Shown: positions 38,539-49,591 of the stretch, one piece after another
How the letters are laid out: each line of letters starts with the position of its first letter
Position numbering within the stretch: the stretch's first letter is position 1
Origin: Candidatus Pacearchaeota archaeon
Lineage (GTDB): Archaea; Nanobdellota; Nanobdellia; Pacearchaeales; GW2011-AR1
Reading direction: 5' to 3'
DNA: 64,000 bases
NCBI GenBank assembly: GCA_017609405.1
Contig: JAFCDZ010000002.1
Coordinates: forward strand, 22,593-86,592
Translations under genes and position numbers: made by a program
Notes under the pieces: model-generated
Seen by the model: only the letters and a program-made list of their open reading frames with translations
Told to the model about the DNA's origin: nothing
The model's database searches: none

Positions 38539-38871
38539 TCACAAATCCTCATCTATATCTGGAATATCATCATCTATAAACCTATATCTTTCTCTTTTCA
38601 TTCTAATTTTATTAAGTTCTTCAGGAGATTTAATTTCAACATATCCATTTTCCCCATTTGCTTGTTTCTTCTTCCACTCTGATATTGCTCTATTTCTAAG
38701 AATAGGACATTCTTCTTCTCCTTTCGAGCAGACAAAGATAACTGATATATTTCTCACTCTATCACCTCTATCTAGCCCTTCACTCTCAATTGTATATCTT
38801 CTAATATGACCATCACAAATAGGTGAACAACTATAGCTTCTTTCAAGATGAAAATTGCTTCTTCTTTCCAT
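38539..38871 (-). CDS. hypothetical protein
   Basis: 110-aa ORF with several Cys residues and an acidic C-terminus. Confidence 0.4.
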   Translation of the reverse strand: MERRSNFHLERSYSCSPICDGHIRRYTIESEGLDRGDRVRNISVIFVCSKGEEECPILRNRAISEWKKKQANGENGYVEIKSPEELNKIRMKRERYRFIDDDIPDIDEDL

Positions 38872-39071
38872 ATCTTTTTGATAGATATTCTGATATATAA
38901 ATTTTTTGCCAGTTTTTTTGGCGTTTTTGAGTTTTATTAAAAAGATAATTAAATTTATTTATAAAGGACATTAATTTTTTTGGCATTCTTGATTTGGATG
39001 AAGGGGATAATTCCTTCCAATTTATCAATATTATGTCCATCAACTTACCCTTAGAAAACCCAACACTTCAA

Positions 39072-40778
39072 CTAAGATTCATCATCTCCTAACTCTTTTC
39101 TTATAATCTCTTTAATAATCTTGATACTTCGATTCTTGTCGTTTTTATATTTTTCAGGATTTGTTTTATTCTTTTTTATCATTGTAGAGATATACTCTCC
39201 TCCAAGTATTTGAGGAATCATTACATAATTTGCTCCTTTTTTATAAAGAGATATTGCATCATTTACTGAACTTGCTCTTAATATAATAATTGCTTTTGGA
39301 TTATATAATTTTGAAACCATAAAAATTAATTCATTTGCTTCTGTATCAGGTATTGTAGAAATAATTATTTTAGCATCTTTTATAGGCAAATCTTCTAAGA
39401 AATCTGAATCTCCAGCATCACCATAAACACAAGGAATTTTTGCCTTAGAAAGAGCCCTTATTGTGTCAGGGTCAAAATCAACAACAAGATAGCTTTTACC
39501 CATATTTTTAAGTGTCCTTAAAATACTAAATCCTGTTCTATTGTATCCAAAAAGTATTACATCATATTTTCTTTTTATTCTCCTTCTTTCTCTCACACTC
39601 TTTCTTTCGAAAATAATTAAGATTCTTTTCAATCTGCTGAATAGTGTTTCAGAATATTTGAATAGATATGTTGATATAACAATTGTTAATATACTAACAA
39701 GGGTCATTATCCTACCGAGTTCCGAATCTAACTTTCCAGCAGCAATTCCAGTATTCATCAAAATTATTGAAAACTCAGATATTTGAGATAAAGAGATACT
39801 TGTCATAAAATTAGTCCTTTTTGTATATCCCACAATTGACATTAATATCATTATTATTAATGGTTTTAATACAAGAACTGATGTTGCAAGCACCCCTGCA
39901 AAGATTAAAGAATTCCTGCTTATTGGTGTCAGACCGAGGTTTAATCCAAGGATTATAAAAAAGATTATAATAAAGAAATCTCTGAGGGGTTTTATTTTAG
40001 AACTTATCTCTAAACTATAAGGAAATATGGATAACGTAACTCCTGCAACTAATGCCCCAATCTCTACAGAGAAGCCTAAGGCATTAAATAAAGCAGCAAT
40101 TGAGAAAGCCCATGTTAGAGAAAACAAAAAGAGCATTTCAGAAGATTTTGCTAAATTACTTATCCACCTTCCAAGGACAATGTAGCTAAATGTAAACAAG
40201 AGAACAATTAATCCCAAACCTCCAAAAACATTTCTTATTGCAAAAGAAAATAAATCTCTCCCAAGAGAAGGGGATGTTAGAAACATTAAAGCTCCAACAG
40301 CAACAAAATCCTGAACAATAAGAATACCGATTGAAATTTTACCATAAAGAGAATCTAATTGATCTTTATCTGATAACAGTTTAGTTACAATAATTGTACT
40401 GCTAAAAGATAAAGCAATTCCAATAAAAATAGAAGTAGTTAAATTAAAATTAAAAAAATAATAAGATAATAAAAATCCTCCAGAAGAAACAATAAGAATT
40501 TCTCCAATTGCAACAAATAATGATTTTGCCCCAATATCCTTGATTACTTTTGGATTAAGGTGCAGACCTACCATAAACAAAAGAAATGCAATACCAATTT
40601 CTGAAAATATTTTAATAGTATTCTCATCAAATTCACCAAAATAAACTAAGAGGGGGCTTATAACTATGCCTGCAACAATGTATCCGACAGTAATTGGTTG
40701 CTTCAAAATTTTTGCTATATATGAAACTACAAATGCAGTTATCAAAAGTACTGCTAATTGGATGAAGATTATTTCCAT
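39072..40778 (-). CDS. Kef-type monovalent cation:proton antiporter (CPA2) with a C-terminal TrkA-N/RCK domain
   Basis: About 12 TM helices followed by a Rossmann-like VILFGYNRTG domain. Confidence 0.85.
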   Translation of the reverse strand: MEIIFIQLAVLLITAFVVSYIAKILKQPITVGYIVAGIVISPLLVYFGEFDENTIKIFSEIGIAFLLFMVGLHLNPKVIKDIGAKSLFVAIGEILIVSSGGFLLSYYFFNFNLTTSIFIGIALSFSSTIIVTKLLSDKDQLDSLYGKISIGILIVQDFVAVGALMFLTSPSLGRDLFSFAIRNVFGGLGLIVLLFTFSYIVLGRWISNLAKSSEMLFLFSLTWAFSIAALFNALGFSVEIGALVAGVTLSIFPYSLEISSKIKPLRDFFIIIFFIILGLNLGLTPISRNSLIFAGVLATSVLVLKPLIIMILMSIVGYTKRTNFMTSISLSQISEFSIILMNTGIAAGKLDSELGRIMTLVSILTIVISTYLFKYSETLFSRLKRILIIFERKSVRERRRIKRKYDVILFGYNRTGFSILRTLKNMGKSYLVVDFDPDTIRALSKAKIPCVYGDAGDSDFLEDLPIKDAKIIISTIPDTEANELIFMVSKLYNPKAIIILRASSVNDAISLYKKGANYVMIPQILGGEYISTMIKKNKTNPEKYKNDKNRSIKIIKEIIRKELGDDES

Positions 40779-41212
40779 TTCAACCTCTTTTACTCTAATA
40801 ATAAAATACTATATAAAAAGTTTTGTTTTTATTGGGCTGGCTCTATTGAAAAATTTTGATTTATATAATTAAGTTAGAATTAATAGGCAATACCTTTTGG
40901 GGTTAAACATTTCTTCAAACAATATCTACCAGTGTTTCTGTTGCGTTAGGTTGAACAAAACAAGAAATCTTTGCTGAACACTGCCTCTTGAGAATTATTG
41001 TATTAATCATTTTTATTTACTGAATAAGTTCACATTAATATTTTAGCAATGTTCAACAAGTGCTTTTAGTTTTTAGTTAGTTAAGAAAGCCCTGATAATT
41101 CCTAATTTTTAAGATTTGCGAAGCCTTTATAAATAATTATCTTCTTTTTTAAATAAAAATCATTTTTATTAAGCGAAAAATTTAAAAACCTTTGAACTAT
41201 TATAGAAGTAAA

Positions 41213-43109
<1,897 letters not shown>

Positions 43110-43131
43110 ACCCTTTTATATTTTAATTTTT

Positions 43132-43635
43132 ATGAATATAGAATTTTATAAAGAAAAGTTAGAGAGTTCTAAAGAATATAAAAAATTCAAAGAAGAATAT
43201 CCTGATTCATTCATTACTTCTATTTTTATTGCAGTTGATTTTGTAAGTAATGATAATAAGCAACATATTGATTTTTATGTTCCATCAAAAAAACAAATTA
43301 TAAGTTTTCAGTTGGAAGATAACAATAAGCAAGTTGTTTTGCATGAAGTTGTAGAAGGTGAGGAAGAACCCTTAAGATTGGGAGATGTATTTAATTTAAG
43401 TCTAAATGAGAGTGAAGAAATTTTAATGAAAAAAATTGAAGAGGAAGGAATAAAAGACAAAGTACAGAAAATTCTATATTCTATACAAAGTCTTAATGGA
43501 GAAAATTATTGGCTTGCAACAGTTTTTTTATCCGGCTTTTCAATAATAAATGCTAAAATAGATGATTCAAAAAAACAAATAATTGATTTTAGAAAAAGTT
43601 CTTTTATGGATATGATAACTTTTGGAAAAAAGTAA
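43132..43635 (+). CDS. hypothetical protein
   Basis: 167-aa ORF with no recognised family. Confidence 0.45.
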   Translation: MNIEFYKEKLESSKEYKKFKEEYPDSFITSIFIAVDFVSNDNKQHIDFYVPSKKQIISFQLEDNNKQVVLHEVVEGEEEPLRLGDVFNLSLNESEEILMKKIEEEGIKDKVQKILYSIQSLNGENYWLATVFLSGFSIINAKIDDSKKQIIDFRKSSFMDMITFGKK

Positions 43636-43655
43636 TTTTTTACTTCTGTTACTAA

Positions 43656-44255
43656 TTATTTCTCAACAATAAAGTTAATCATCATTTCAGAATTTAGTGT
43701 TTGAGTTATTTTAAACCCTGCTTTCTGGAATTCTTCATGAATTTCTTCTTCATTATAAAGATAGTAGTATCTTTTTCCTTTATCTCTCCACGCAATATAT
43801 TTTTCTTTTGGCGCGTTCTTGAATCTTTTTGAGCAATGATTCCAAACTCCAATAAGAGCCTTTGCTTTTGGTTTCAAAACTCTATATAATTCTTTTATTG
43901 CTTTTTCTCTGTTTTCTTTTCCTTTAATACAGTGGATAGATGAAATTGAAATTGCATAATCAAAAAAATTGTCGTCAAATGGAAGAAATGTTAGCTCAGA
44001 ATTTATAAATTCTGCAGGAATATTTTTTTCTTTTGCTTTTTTCTTTGCTAATTCAAGCATTTTTTTAGAAAAATCTACTAAATACATTTTTCCATTTTTT
44101 ATTTTTGTTAAATGTCTTCCAGAACCAGAGCCATGGTCTAAAACTTTTCCATGCGTATTTTTCAAAAATTCCATTACATGCTTTGCAGGAGTTGTTTTAA
44201 ACTCATGCCATTCCGGAGCAATTTTATCCCATAATTTTTTTTGAGCTTCTTGCAT
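43656..44255 (-). CDS. class I SAM-dependent methyltransferase
   Basis: Motif I VLDHGSGSGRH and a post-I acidic residue. About 200 aa. Confidence 0.8.
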   Translation of the reverse strand: MQEAQKKLWDKIAPEWHEFKTTPAKHVMEFLKNTHGKVLDHGSGSGRHLTKIKNGKMYLVDFSKKMLELAKKKAKEKNIPAEFINSELTFLPFDDNFFDYAISISSIHCIKGKENREKAIKELYRVLKPKAKALIGVWNHCSKRFKNAPKEKYIAWRDKGKRYYYLYNEEEIHEEFQKAGFKITQTLNSEMMINFIVEK

Positions 44256-44305
44256 TTTCTTTTTAAGTGAATAAGATTTATAATACTATTTATTCTTTTC
44301 TTTTC

Positions 44306-44983
44306 ATGGAGAGTTTAAAGGAAAAAAGACGCAGAGCTGAAAAAATTATGAGACTTTTGCTTAAAGAATTTTTGGGATATAGAAAACCAACTGTTAGAAG
44401 AACATCTGAGTCTTCTGGAAGCTCGACTCCTTTCAAAGTTTTGATAAGCTGTCTGCTTTCTTTGAGAGCAAAAGATGAAAATACAGAAAAAGTTTCAAAA
44501 GCTCTTTTTAAAGTTGCAGATACTCCTGAGAAAATAGCAAAACTTCCTCTAAAAAAACTTGAAAAATTAATTTATAGCTCAGGATATTATAGGAATAAAG
44601 CAAGAACAATAAAAGAAGTTTCTAAAACTTTAATTAAGAAGTATAATGGGAAGGTTCCAGATACAAAAGAAGAGCTTTTGTCAATAAAAGGAATTGGACC
44701 AAAAACAGCAAACATTGTTCTTGGGTTTGCTTATGGCAAGGATGTAATTCCTGTTGATACACATGTTCATAGAATACCAAATAGACTTGGATTAGTAAAA
44801 ACTAAAACTCCAGAAGAAACTGAAATTGAATTAATGAAAATTTTTCCAAAAAAATATTGGAAAGAGATTAATACAATTTTTATTTTGTTTGGGAAAAATA
44901 TCTGTCTTCCAGTTTCTCCTTTTTGTAGCAAATGCCCGCTAAATAAATTATGCAAGAGAGTTGGAGTTAGAAAGGCGAGATAA
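44306..44983 (+). CDS. nth: endonuclease III (HhH-GPD DNA glycosylase with a 4Fe-4S cluster)
   Basis: The HhH motif LLSIKGIGPKTANIVL, VDTHVHRI, and the C-terminal CxxxxxxCxxCxxxxxC cluster. Confidence 0.9.
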   Translation: MESLKEKRRRAEKIMRLLLKEFLGYRKPTVRRTSESSGSSTPFKVLISCLLSLRAKDENTEKVSKALFKVADTPEKIAKLPLKKLEKLIYSSGYYRNKARTIKEVSKTLIKKYNGKVPDTKEELLSIKGIGPKTANIVLGFAYGKDVIPVDTHVHRIPNRLGLVKTKTPEETEIELMKIFPKKYWKEINTIFILFGKNICLPVSPFCSKCPLNKLCKRVGVRKAR

Positions 44984-45460
44984 AAATTCCAAAGCTTTTT
45001 TTAATTGGACTTCTCCGATTTTCCCCCATTTGCAATATTTAAGAAACTCTTCTGGAGCAATGAATTTTCTTTCATTAATTATTCCTTCAGCAATGTCTAT
45101 TGTTTGTTCTTTTATATTTTTTATTTTTCCAACTGCTCTTAATAAATAATGTTCTTTTTTGGTGCAGTTTTTAGATAGCGGGGTAACTTTTATTTGTCCT
45201 ATTAGTTTAATTGAATCTTCATATAATTCAATGTCTGCTTCTTCATCTGCTTCGCGAATCAATGCTTGTTTCCAGTCTTCTCCTTTTTCAATTCCTCCCC
45301 CCGGCAATCTCCAGCTTCTTTTTGGATTTACTATGCACAATTTGTTATCTGAAGTAAATAAAAATCCATATATTTGAGTGATGTTTTTTGAGGCAGTTTC
45401 TATTGAATTAATCCATTCTAATTCATATTCTTGGCCCCCCCAATTTGTTTTTTCTTTCAT
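44948..45460 (-). CDS. NUDIX hydrolase
   Basis: Nudix box GGGIEKGEDWKQALIREADEEADI. Confidence 0.85.
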   Translation of the reverse strand: MKEKTNWGGQEYELEWINSIETASKNITQIYGFLFTSDNKLCIVNPKRSWRLPGGGIEKGEDWKQALIREADEEADIELYEDSIKLIGQIKVTPLSKNCTKKEHYLLRAVGKIKNIKEQTIDIAEGIINERKFIAPEEFLKYCKWGKIGEVQLKKALEFLSRLSNSNSLA

Positions 45461-45600
45461 TTGAATTCAACCTCTTTGTAGGAATTCGAATGCTTTTTTC
45501 ATTTGAATTCAACCTCTTTGTAGGAATTCGAATGCTTTTTTCATTTGAATTCAACCTCTTTGTAGGAATTCGAATGCTTTTTTCATTTGAATTTTTTAAT
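45457..45600. repeat. 42-bp tandem repeat, 3 full copies plus a partial fourth; each unit is an imperfect palindrome
   Basis: The unit tcatttgaattcaacctctttgtaggaattcgaatgcttttt starts at 45457, 45499 and 45541, with a partial copy at 45583. The arms catttgaattc and gaattcgaatg are inverted. The first unit overlaps the NUDIX start codon. Confidence 0.95.
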
Positions 45601-45686
45601 TCGAATGATTGTGAATGTATAATTCTTATTTTATCTCTTCTAAAACCTACCAATATATTTAAATCCTCGCTTTTTCTTTTTTTATT

Positions 45687-47078
45687 ATGAAACTTCCAAA
45701 AAAAGGAGAGATTAGAAAACCAACAAAAACTATTTCAGGTGTTACTCCTGTTGCAGTCATGCTCCCTCCAAGACCTTGCTCACATGGAGCTTGTGTTTAT
45801 TGTCCAAATCTTAATGTTCCTCAAAGCTATACCCCAAAAAGCCCTGTTGTTATGAGAGCATCTGCATTAGGTTATGATTCCTTTAAACAAGTTAAAGCAA
45901 GATTAAAGGCATTTGAATTAATGAACCATCCTACTGATAAAATTGAAATTATTATAATGGGTGGAACTTTTTTAGAATATCCAAAAAAATTTCAATATGA
46001 TTTTGTAAAAGGAATTTATGATGGGTTAAATGGAAAAAAAGCAAAAACTCTCCAGGAAGCGAAAAGAATAAATGAAACTTCTAAGCACAGGTGTGTTGCA
46101 TTATGTATTGAAACGCGCCCAGATGTTTGTGTTGAATATATACAGAGATTAAGAGAGTTCGGATGCACAAGAGTTGAATTAGGAGTTCAGATAATTGATA
46201 ATCGAATTTATAAGTTAGTTAATAGAGGTCATAGTGTTCAAGATGTTGTTGAAGCTACAAGAGCATTAAGAAATGCAGGGTTTAAGATAGGATATCATAT
46301 AATGCCTGGTTTGCCTGGAAGCAATCCTAAAAAAGATTTGGAATTATTTAAAAAATTGTTTTCTGATGAAAGATTCAAGCCAGACCAGCTTAAAATTTAT
46401 CCTTGCCAAGTTATGCCTGGCTCAGTTTTGGAAGAATGGTATTGGGAAGGAAAATATAAGCCTTATGATGAAAAGCAAACTCTTGAACTGCTTATAAAAA
46501 TGTTCAAAATTATTCCTCGTTATTGCAGAGTTATGAGAGTTATGAGAGAGATTCCACCAGAATATATTATTGCGGGATTAAAAAGAATTGACTTAAGGCA
46601 GGAGTTAGATAAAGAGCTTAGGAATTCAAAAATTAAGGTCAAAGAAATAAGGTTTAGAGAAGTGGGCTTTGCTCTTCGCGATAAAAGAAAAATAAAGAAA
46701 AAAACAAAATTAAAAATTACAAAATACAAAGCTTTTGGAGGGGATGAATATTTCTTGGAAATAGTTAATGATGATGACATTTTATTTGGTTTATTGAGAT
46801 TAAGAATTTTCAGGGACAAAAATAAAAAAACAGCGATGATAAGGGAACTTCATGTTTATGGTCCTGAGCTTAAGATTGGAGAGCACTCTGGAGTTTCGCA
46901 GCACCATGGATATGGAAAAAAACTTGTTAAAAAAGCAGAGGAAATTGCTCTTAAAAACAAATGCGAAAAAATAAAAATAATCTCTGGAATTGGAGTTAGA
47001 AAATATTATGAAAAATTAGGATATTATTTAGATGAGATTGGTGGGGAATATATGGTAAAAGATTTCAACAAAATTTAA
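45687..47078 (+). CDS. elp3: Elp3-family radical SAM/GNAT tRNA modification enzyme
   Basis: The rSAM cluster region CSHGACVYC, an Elp3 core and a C-terminal GNAT domain (HHGYGKKLVKKAEEIA). Confidence 0.88.
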   Translation: MKLPKKGEIRKPTKTISGVTPVAVMLPPRPCSHGACVYCPNLNVPQSYTPKSPVVMRASALGYDSFKQVKARLKAFELMNHPTDKIEIIIMGGTFLEYPKKFQYDFVKGIYDGLNGKKAKTLQEAKRINETSKHRCVALCIETRPDVCVEYIQRLREFGCTRVELGVQIIDNRIYKLVNRGHSVQDVVEATRALRNAGFKIGYHIMPGLPGSNPKKDLELFKKLFSDERFKPDQLKIYPCQVMPGSVLEEWYWEGKYKPYDEKQTLELLIKMFKIIPRYCRVMRVMREIPPEYIIAGLKRIDLRQELDKELRNSKIKVKEIRFREVGFALRDKRKIKKKTKLKITKYKAFGGDEYFLEIVNDDDILFGLLRLRIFRDKNKKTAMIRELHVYGPELKIGEHSGVSQHHGYGKKLVKKAEEIALKNKCEKIKIISGIGVRKYYEKLGYYLDEIGGEYMVKDFNKI

Positions 47079-47190
47079 AAACCCTTTTTGTTTAATTTTG
47101 AGTATGCATATTGAGTTTCAGTTAAACTCTTGGTATTTTTTCTATTATTTTTTTAGCTGAGGCTCCAACTTCTTTTGTTTGGAGTATAAA

Positions 47191-47451
47191 ATGGCTTCTG
47201 ATGTTTCTAAGCTTGAGAGAGAATGTTGCGATGTTTTTGATAATTCTAAGAATAATAAAACTCAACGAGAACAAGAAGATATCAAAGAACCTTGTGGAGC
47301 TTATTTTGAATTAAAGGGTGTTGGTTATTGTAGAAGGAGAACTAAGGCAGGATATCCTATTTGTCCTTACAATGGAAAGGCAGATGAATGTTGTATTGTT
47401 CAAATGAATGAAAGATTTTTAAGAGAATATGTTCAAAGAGCAGGATTATAA
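47191..47451 (+). CDS. small Cys-rich hypothetical protein
   Basis: 86 aa from the ATG at 47191, with 7 Cys residues. Confidence 0.4.
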   Translation: MASDVSKLERECCDVFDNSKNNKTQREQEDIKEPCGAYFELKGVGYCRRRTKAGYPICPYNGKADECCIVQMNERFLREYVQRAGL

Positions 47452-48261
47452 TTTTATTTTTCCTTTTTGAATATCTTGAATTATTTTTCTTGCAGTTTTA
47501 TCTGTATCAACTTCTCCTTTTTTTCTTAAAAATTTCAATTTTAATCCTATCTCTTCAAGAGTCTCTTCAGGATCTTCTTTTTTTTCAACTCCATAAAATT
47601 TTTCAAGAACCCCGTCATGTTCTTGTATAAATCTTTCTACAAACATCTCTGGGTTTTTCACCTTGTCAACAGTTTTTACAGAGATTTTTATCTGTTTGAG
47701 TAGATTATCAAATCTTTTTTTCATTTCATCTTCTGGAATTATTCCAGGAGAATCCAACAAGACTATTTTTCTCGTCAATCTTATTTTTTGCATACCTTTT
47801 GTTATTCCGGCTTGCTGTCCTGTTTTTGCAGACGACCTTCCAATAAGTGCATTAATAATTGAACTCTTTCCTGTGTTTGGATATCCCACAACACCAACTA
47901 CAATTCTCTCATCTTTCTTTATTTTTTTTGCAATAATTTTAATTAATGTCCTCAATTTTGAAATATTCTTTCTCTCTCTAGCAGAAATCATGACAAAAGG
48001 AGACAATTTTTCAGCTCTTATTTTGCTTAAGGCCTCTTTTTCATTTACTAAATCGCTTTTATTAATAACATAGATTATCTTTTTTTCTTTTATTTTCTCT
48101 TCAATAATAGAATTCCTTGTTTCATTAATAAATCTTGAATCTAAAACATATAGAAGAATATCTGAAAAATTTATTACATCTTCAAGAACATTTAGAAATC
48201 TCTTTTTTTTTGTTTTTGGAGTTCTTTCTAATTTGCGACCCATTTTAAAATTTTCCGCCAA
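47446..48261 (-). CDS. circularly permuted GTPase (YlqF/RbgA-like ribosome biogenesis GTPase)
   Basis: G4 NKSDL comes before G1 GYPNTGKSS and G3 DSPG, which is the permuted order. Confidence 0.8.
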   Translation of the reverse strand: MAENFKMGRKLERTPKTKKKRFLNVLEDVINFSDILLYVLDSRFINETRNSIIEEKIKEKKIIYVINKSDLVNEKEALSKIRAEKLSPFVMISARERKNISKLRTLIKIIAKKIKKDERIVVGVVGYPNTGKSSIINALIGRSSAKTGQQAGITKGMQKIRLTRKIVLLDSPGIIPEDEMKKRFDNLLKQIKISVKTVDKVKNPEMFVERFIQEHDGVLEKFYGVEKKEDPEETLEEIGLKLKFLRKKGEVDTDKTARKIIQDIQKGKIKL

Positions 48262-48634
48262 GCCCCTCTATTTCTTCTTCAAGTTCTTTTATTTTCTCTT
48301 TTAACTCCTTAATTTTTTTTCTGTTTCTTAATTTATCTACAATATCATAAAAAGTGTTATTCTTTGATTCAATAACCTTTATTTTTTCAGGTTCCTTAAC
48401 CTCATTTATTTTCTTTTTTATATGTTTATTCTTCTCTTTCAGAATATCACTTAATTTTTTAACTTTGATTGGTTTTGTTTTTTCAATTTCTTCTTTTTTC
48501 TTTAGATATTTAATAAGAAGCAATATTGCAACTATGCAAATTATTCCAATTAATAATACCCAAAGCCTTATAGATACCTCATAATTCAACAAAGATGATA
48601 AAGTGTATCTTGCTTCTCCAGTTTTATTTATCAT
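48245..48634 (-). CDS. membrane-anchored coiled-coil protein
   Basis: One N-terminal TM helix followed by a K/E-rich helical region. Confidence 0.45.
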   Translation of the reverse strand: MINKTGEARYTLSSLLNYEVSIRLWVLLIGIICIVAILLLIKYLKKKEEIEKTKPIKVKKLSDILKEKNKHIKKKINEVKEPEKIKVIESKNNTFYDIVDKLRNRKKIKELKEKIKELEEEIEGLGGKF

Positions 48635-48668
48635 ATTTCAAAATATTTCTTAAGATATAAAAAACTTA

Positions 48669-49442
48669 CTATATGGATTCTTTAAGTTCGTTGAGATAAT
48701 ACTTTCCAGCGATTGTATCTATTTCTATTGTCTGTTTTTTGTTATTTTTTGAAGATATTTGTTTAAATAAAATTACAATTAAAATAATTAATCCACAAAA
48801 AATAAATGACAATAATAACCATTTTAAAAAACTAACAGAATTTTTAAAAAGTAGGGGGATATTTTTTAGAATTCTTGAAGAGTCTTTTTTTGGATATTCT
48901 TTTTTCTCAGTTAAATCTTGATAAACCTGAAGATTATATTTTTCAGAAGGACTAAAAGATAACACCGAACTATTTGTTCCTTCTAATTTTATAACATAAT
49001 CAGTTTCTTTTGTTGATACTTCTTGACCATTAAAAATAGAAGATATCTTTAAACTATAATTTCCCGGGAGGAATGCATTCTCATTAAAGAAAATTCTATA
49101 ATATTGCTTTTTCCAAAGACCTCCATAACCTGCTTTAAATATTGTTTGATTTCTTTTTTCTAATGCAATTCCGATACAACTCTCAGTTCTTATACCTTCT
49201 TTATCAAAAAAGCAAAGATATTTTTTTTTGTCATAAACAGGACCATTAAAATTAATAATTATTTTTTCAATATTCTCCAATCCCCCCTCCCCTGTTGAAA
49301 ATTTGATAAAAAAATCAACATAAACGAGGTTTTCTTCTTTCCCATAACTTACCTCTGGTGATGGAGAATAATCAATTTTTATAGCAAAAATACTGCTTAT
49401 TAAAAATAATGACATAATAAATAAAGCACACTCTTTTCTCAT
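48669..49442 (-). CDS. secreted/anchored hypothetical protein
   Basis: The ATG at 49442 gives a signal-peptide-like MRKECALFIMSLFLISSIFA. There is a C-terminal TM helix. Confidence 0.5.
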   Translation of the reverse strand: MRKECALFIMSLFLISSIFAIKIDYSPSPEVSYGKEENLVYVDFFIKFSTGEGGLENIEKIIINFNGPVYDKKKYLCFFDKEGIRTESCIGIALEKRNQTIFKAGYGGLWKKQYYRIFFNENAFLPGNYSLKISSIFNGQEVSTKETDYVIKLEGTNSSVLSFSPSEKYNLQVYQDLTEKKEYPKKDSSRILKNIPLLFKNSVSFLKWLLLSFIFCGLIILIVILFKQISSKNNKKQTIEIDTIAGKYYLNELKESI

Positions 49443-49591
49443 ATCAAATATTAGCACACAAGTTTTATAAAGTTTGTTGGTTGATTTATTCAGAATTATA
49501 AATTTGATAATAATGTTAAATACAAAATTTAAGGAAGCACTATTCAGCAAATAAAGGGCTTTTTTTACTCAAGACTTTTCAACAACACGAG

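Noticed and set aside
38843-39043. 66-aa minus-strand ORF upstream of and overlapping ORF 38539-38871
   Set aside because: It has a K/N/F-rich low-complexity translation of AT-rich spacer and overlaps the neighbour's start. It may instead contain that gene's promoter. It was not called.
45457-45600. Possible CRISPR array
   Set aside because: The units are directly adjacent with no unique spacers, there are only 3.3 copies, and there are no cas genes. This is a tandem repeat, not a CRISPR array.
45423-45690. Two ORFs (76 aa on the minus strand, 81 aa on the plus strand) running through the 42-bp tandem repeats
   Set aside because: They stay open only because the repeat period is a multiple of 3. 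Their sequences are pure repeat translations (SNEKSIRIPTKRLN x3 and FEFNLFVGIRMLFS x3), and they overlap the NUDIX start and the elp3 promoter.
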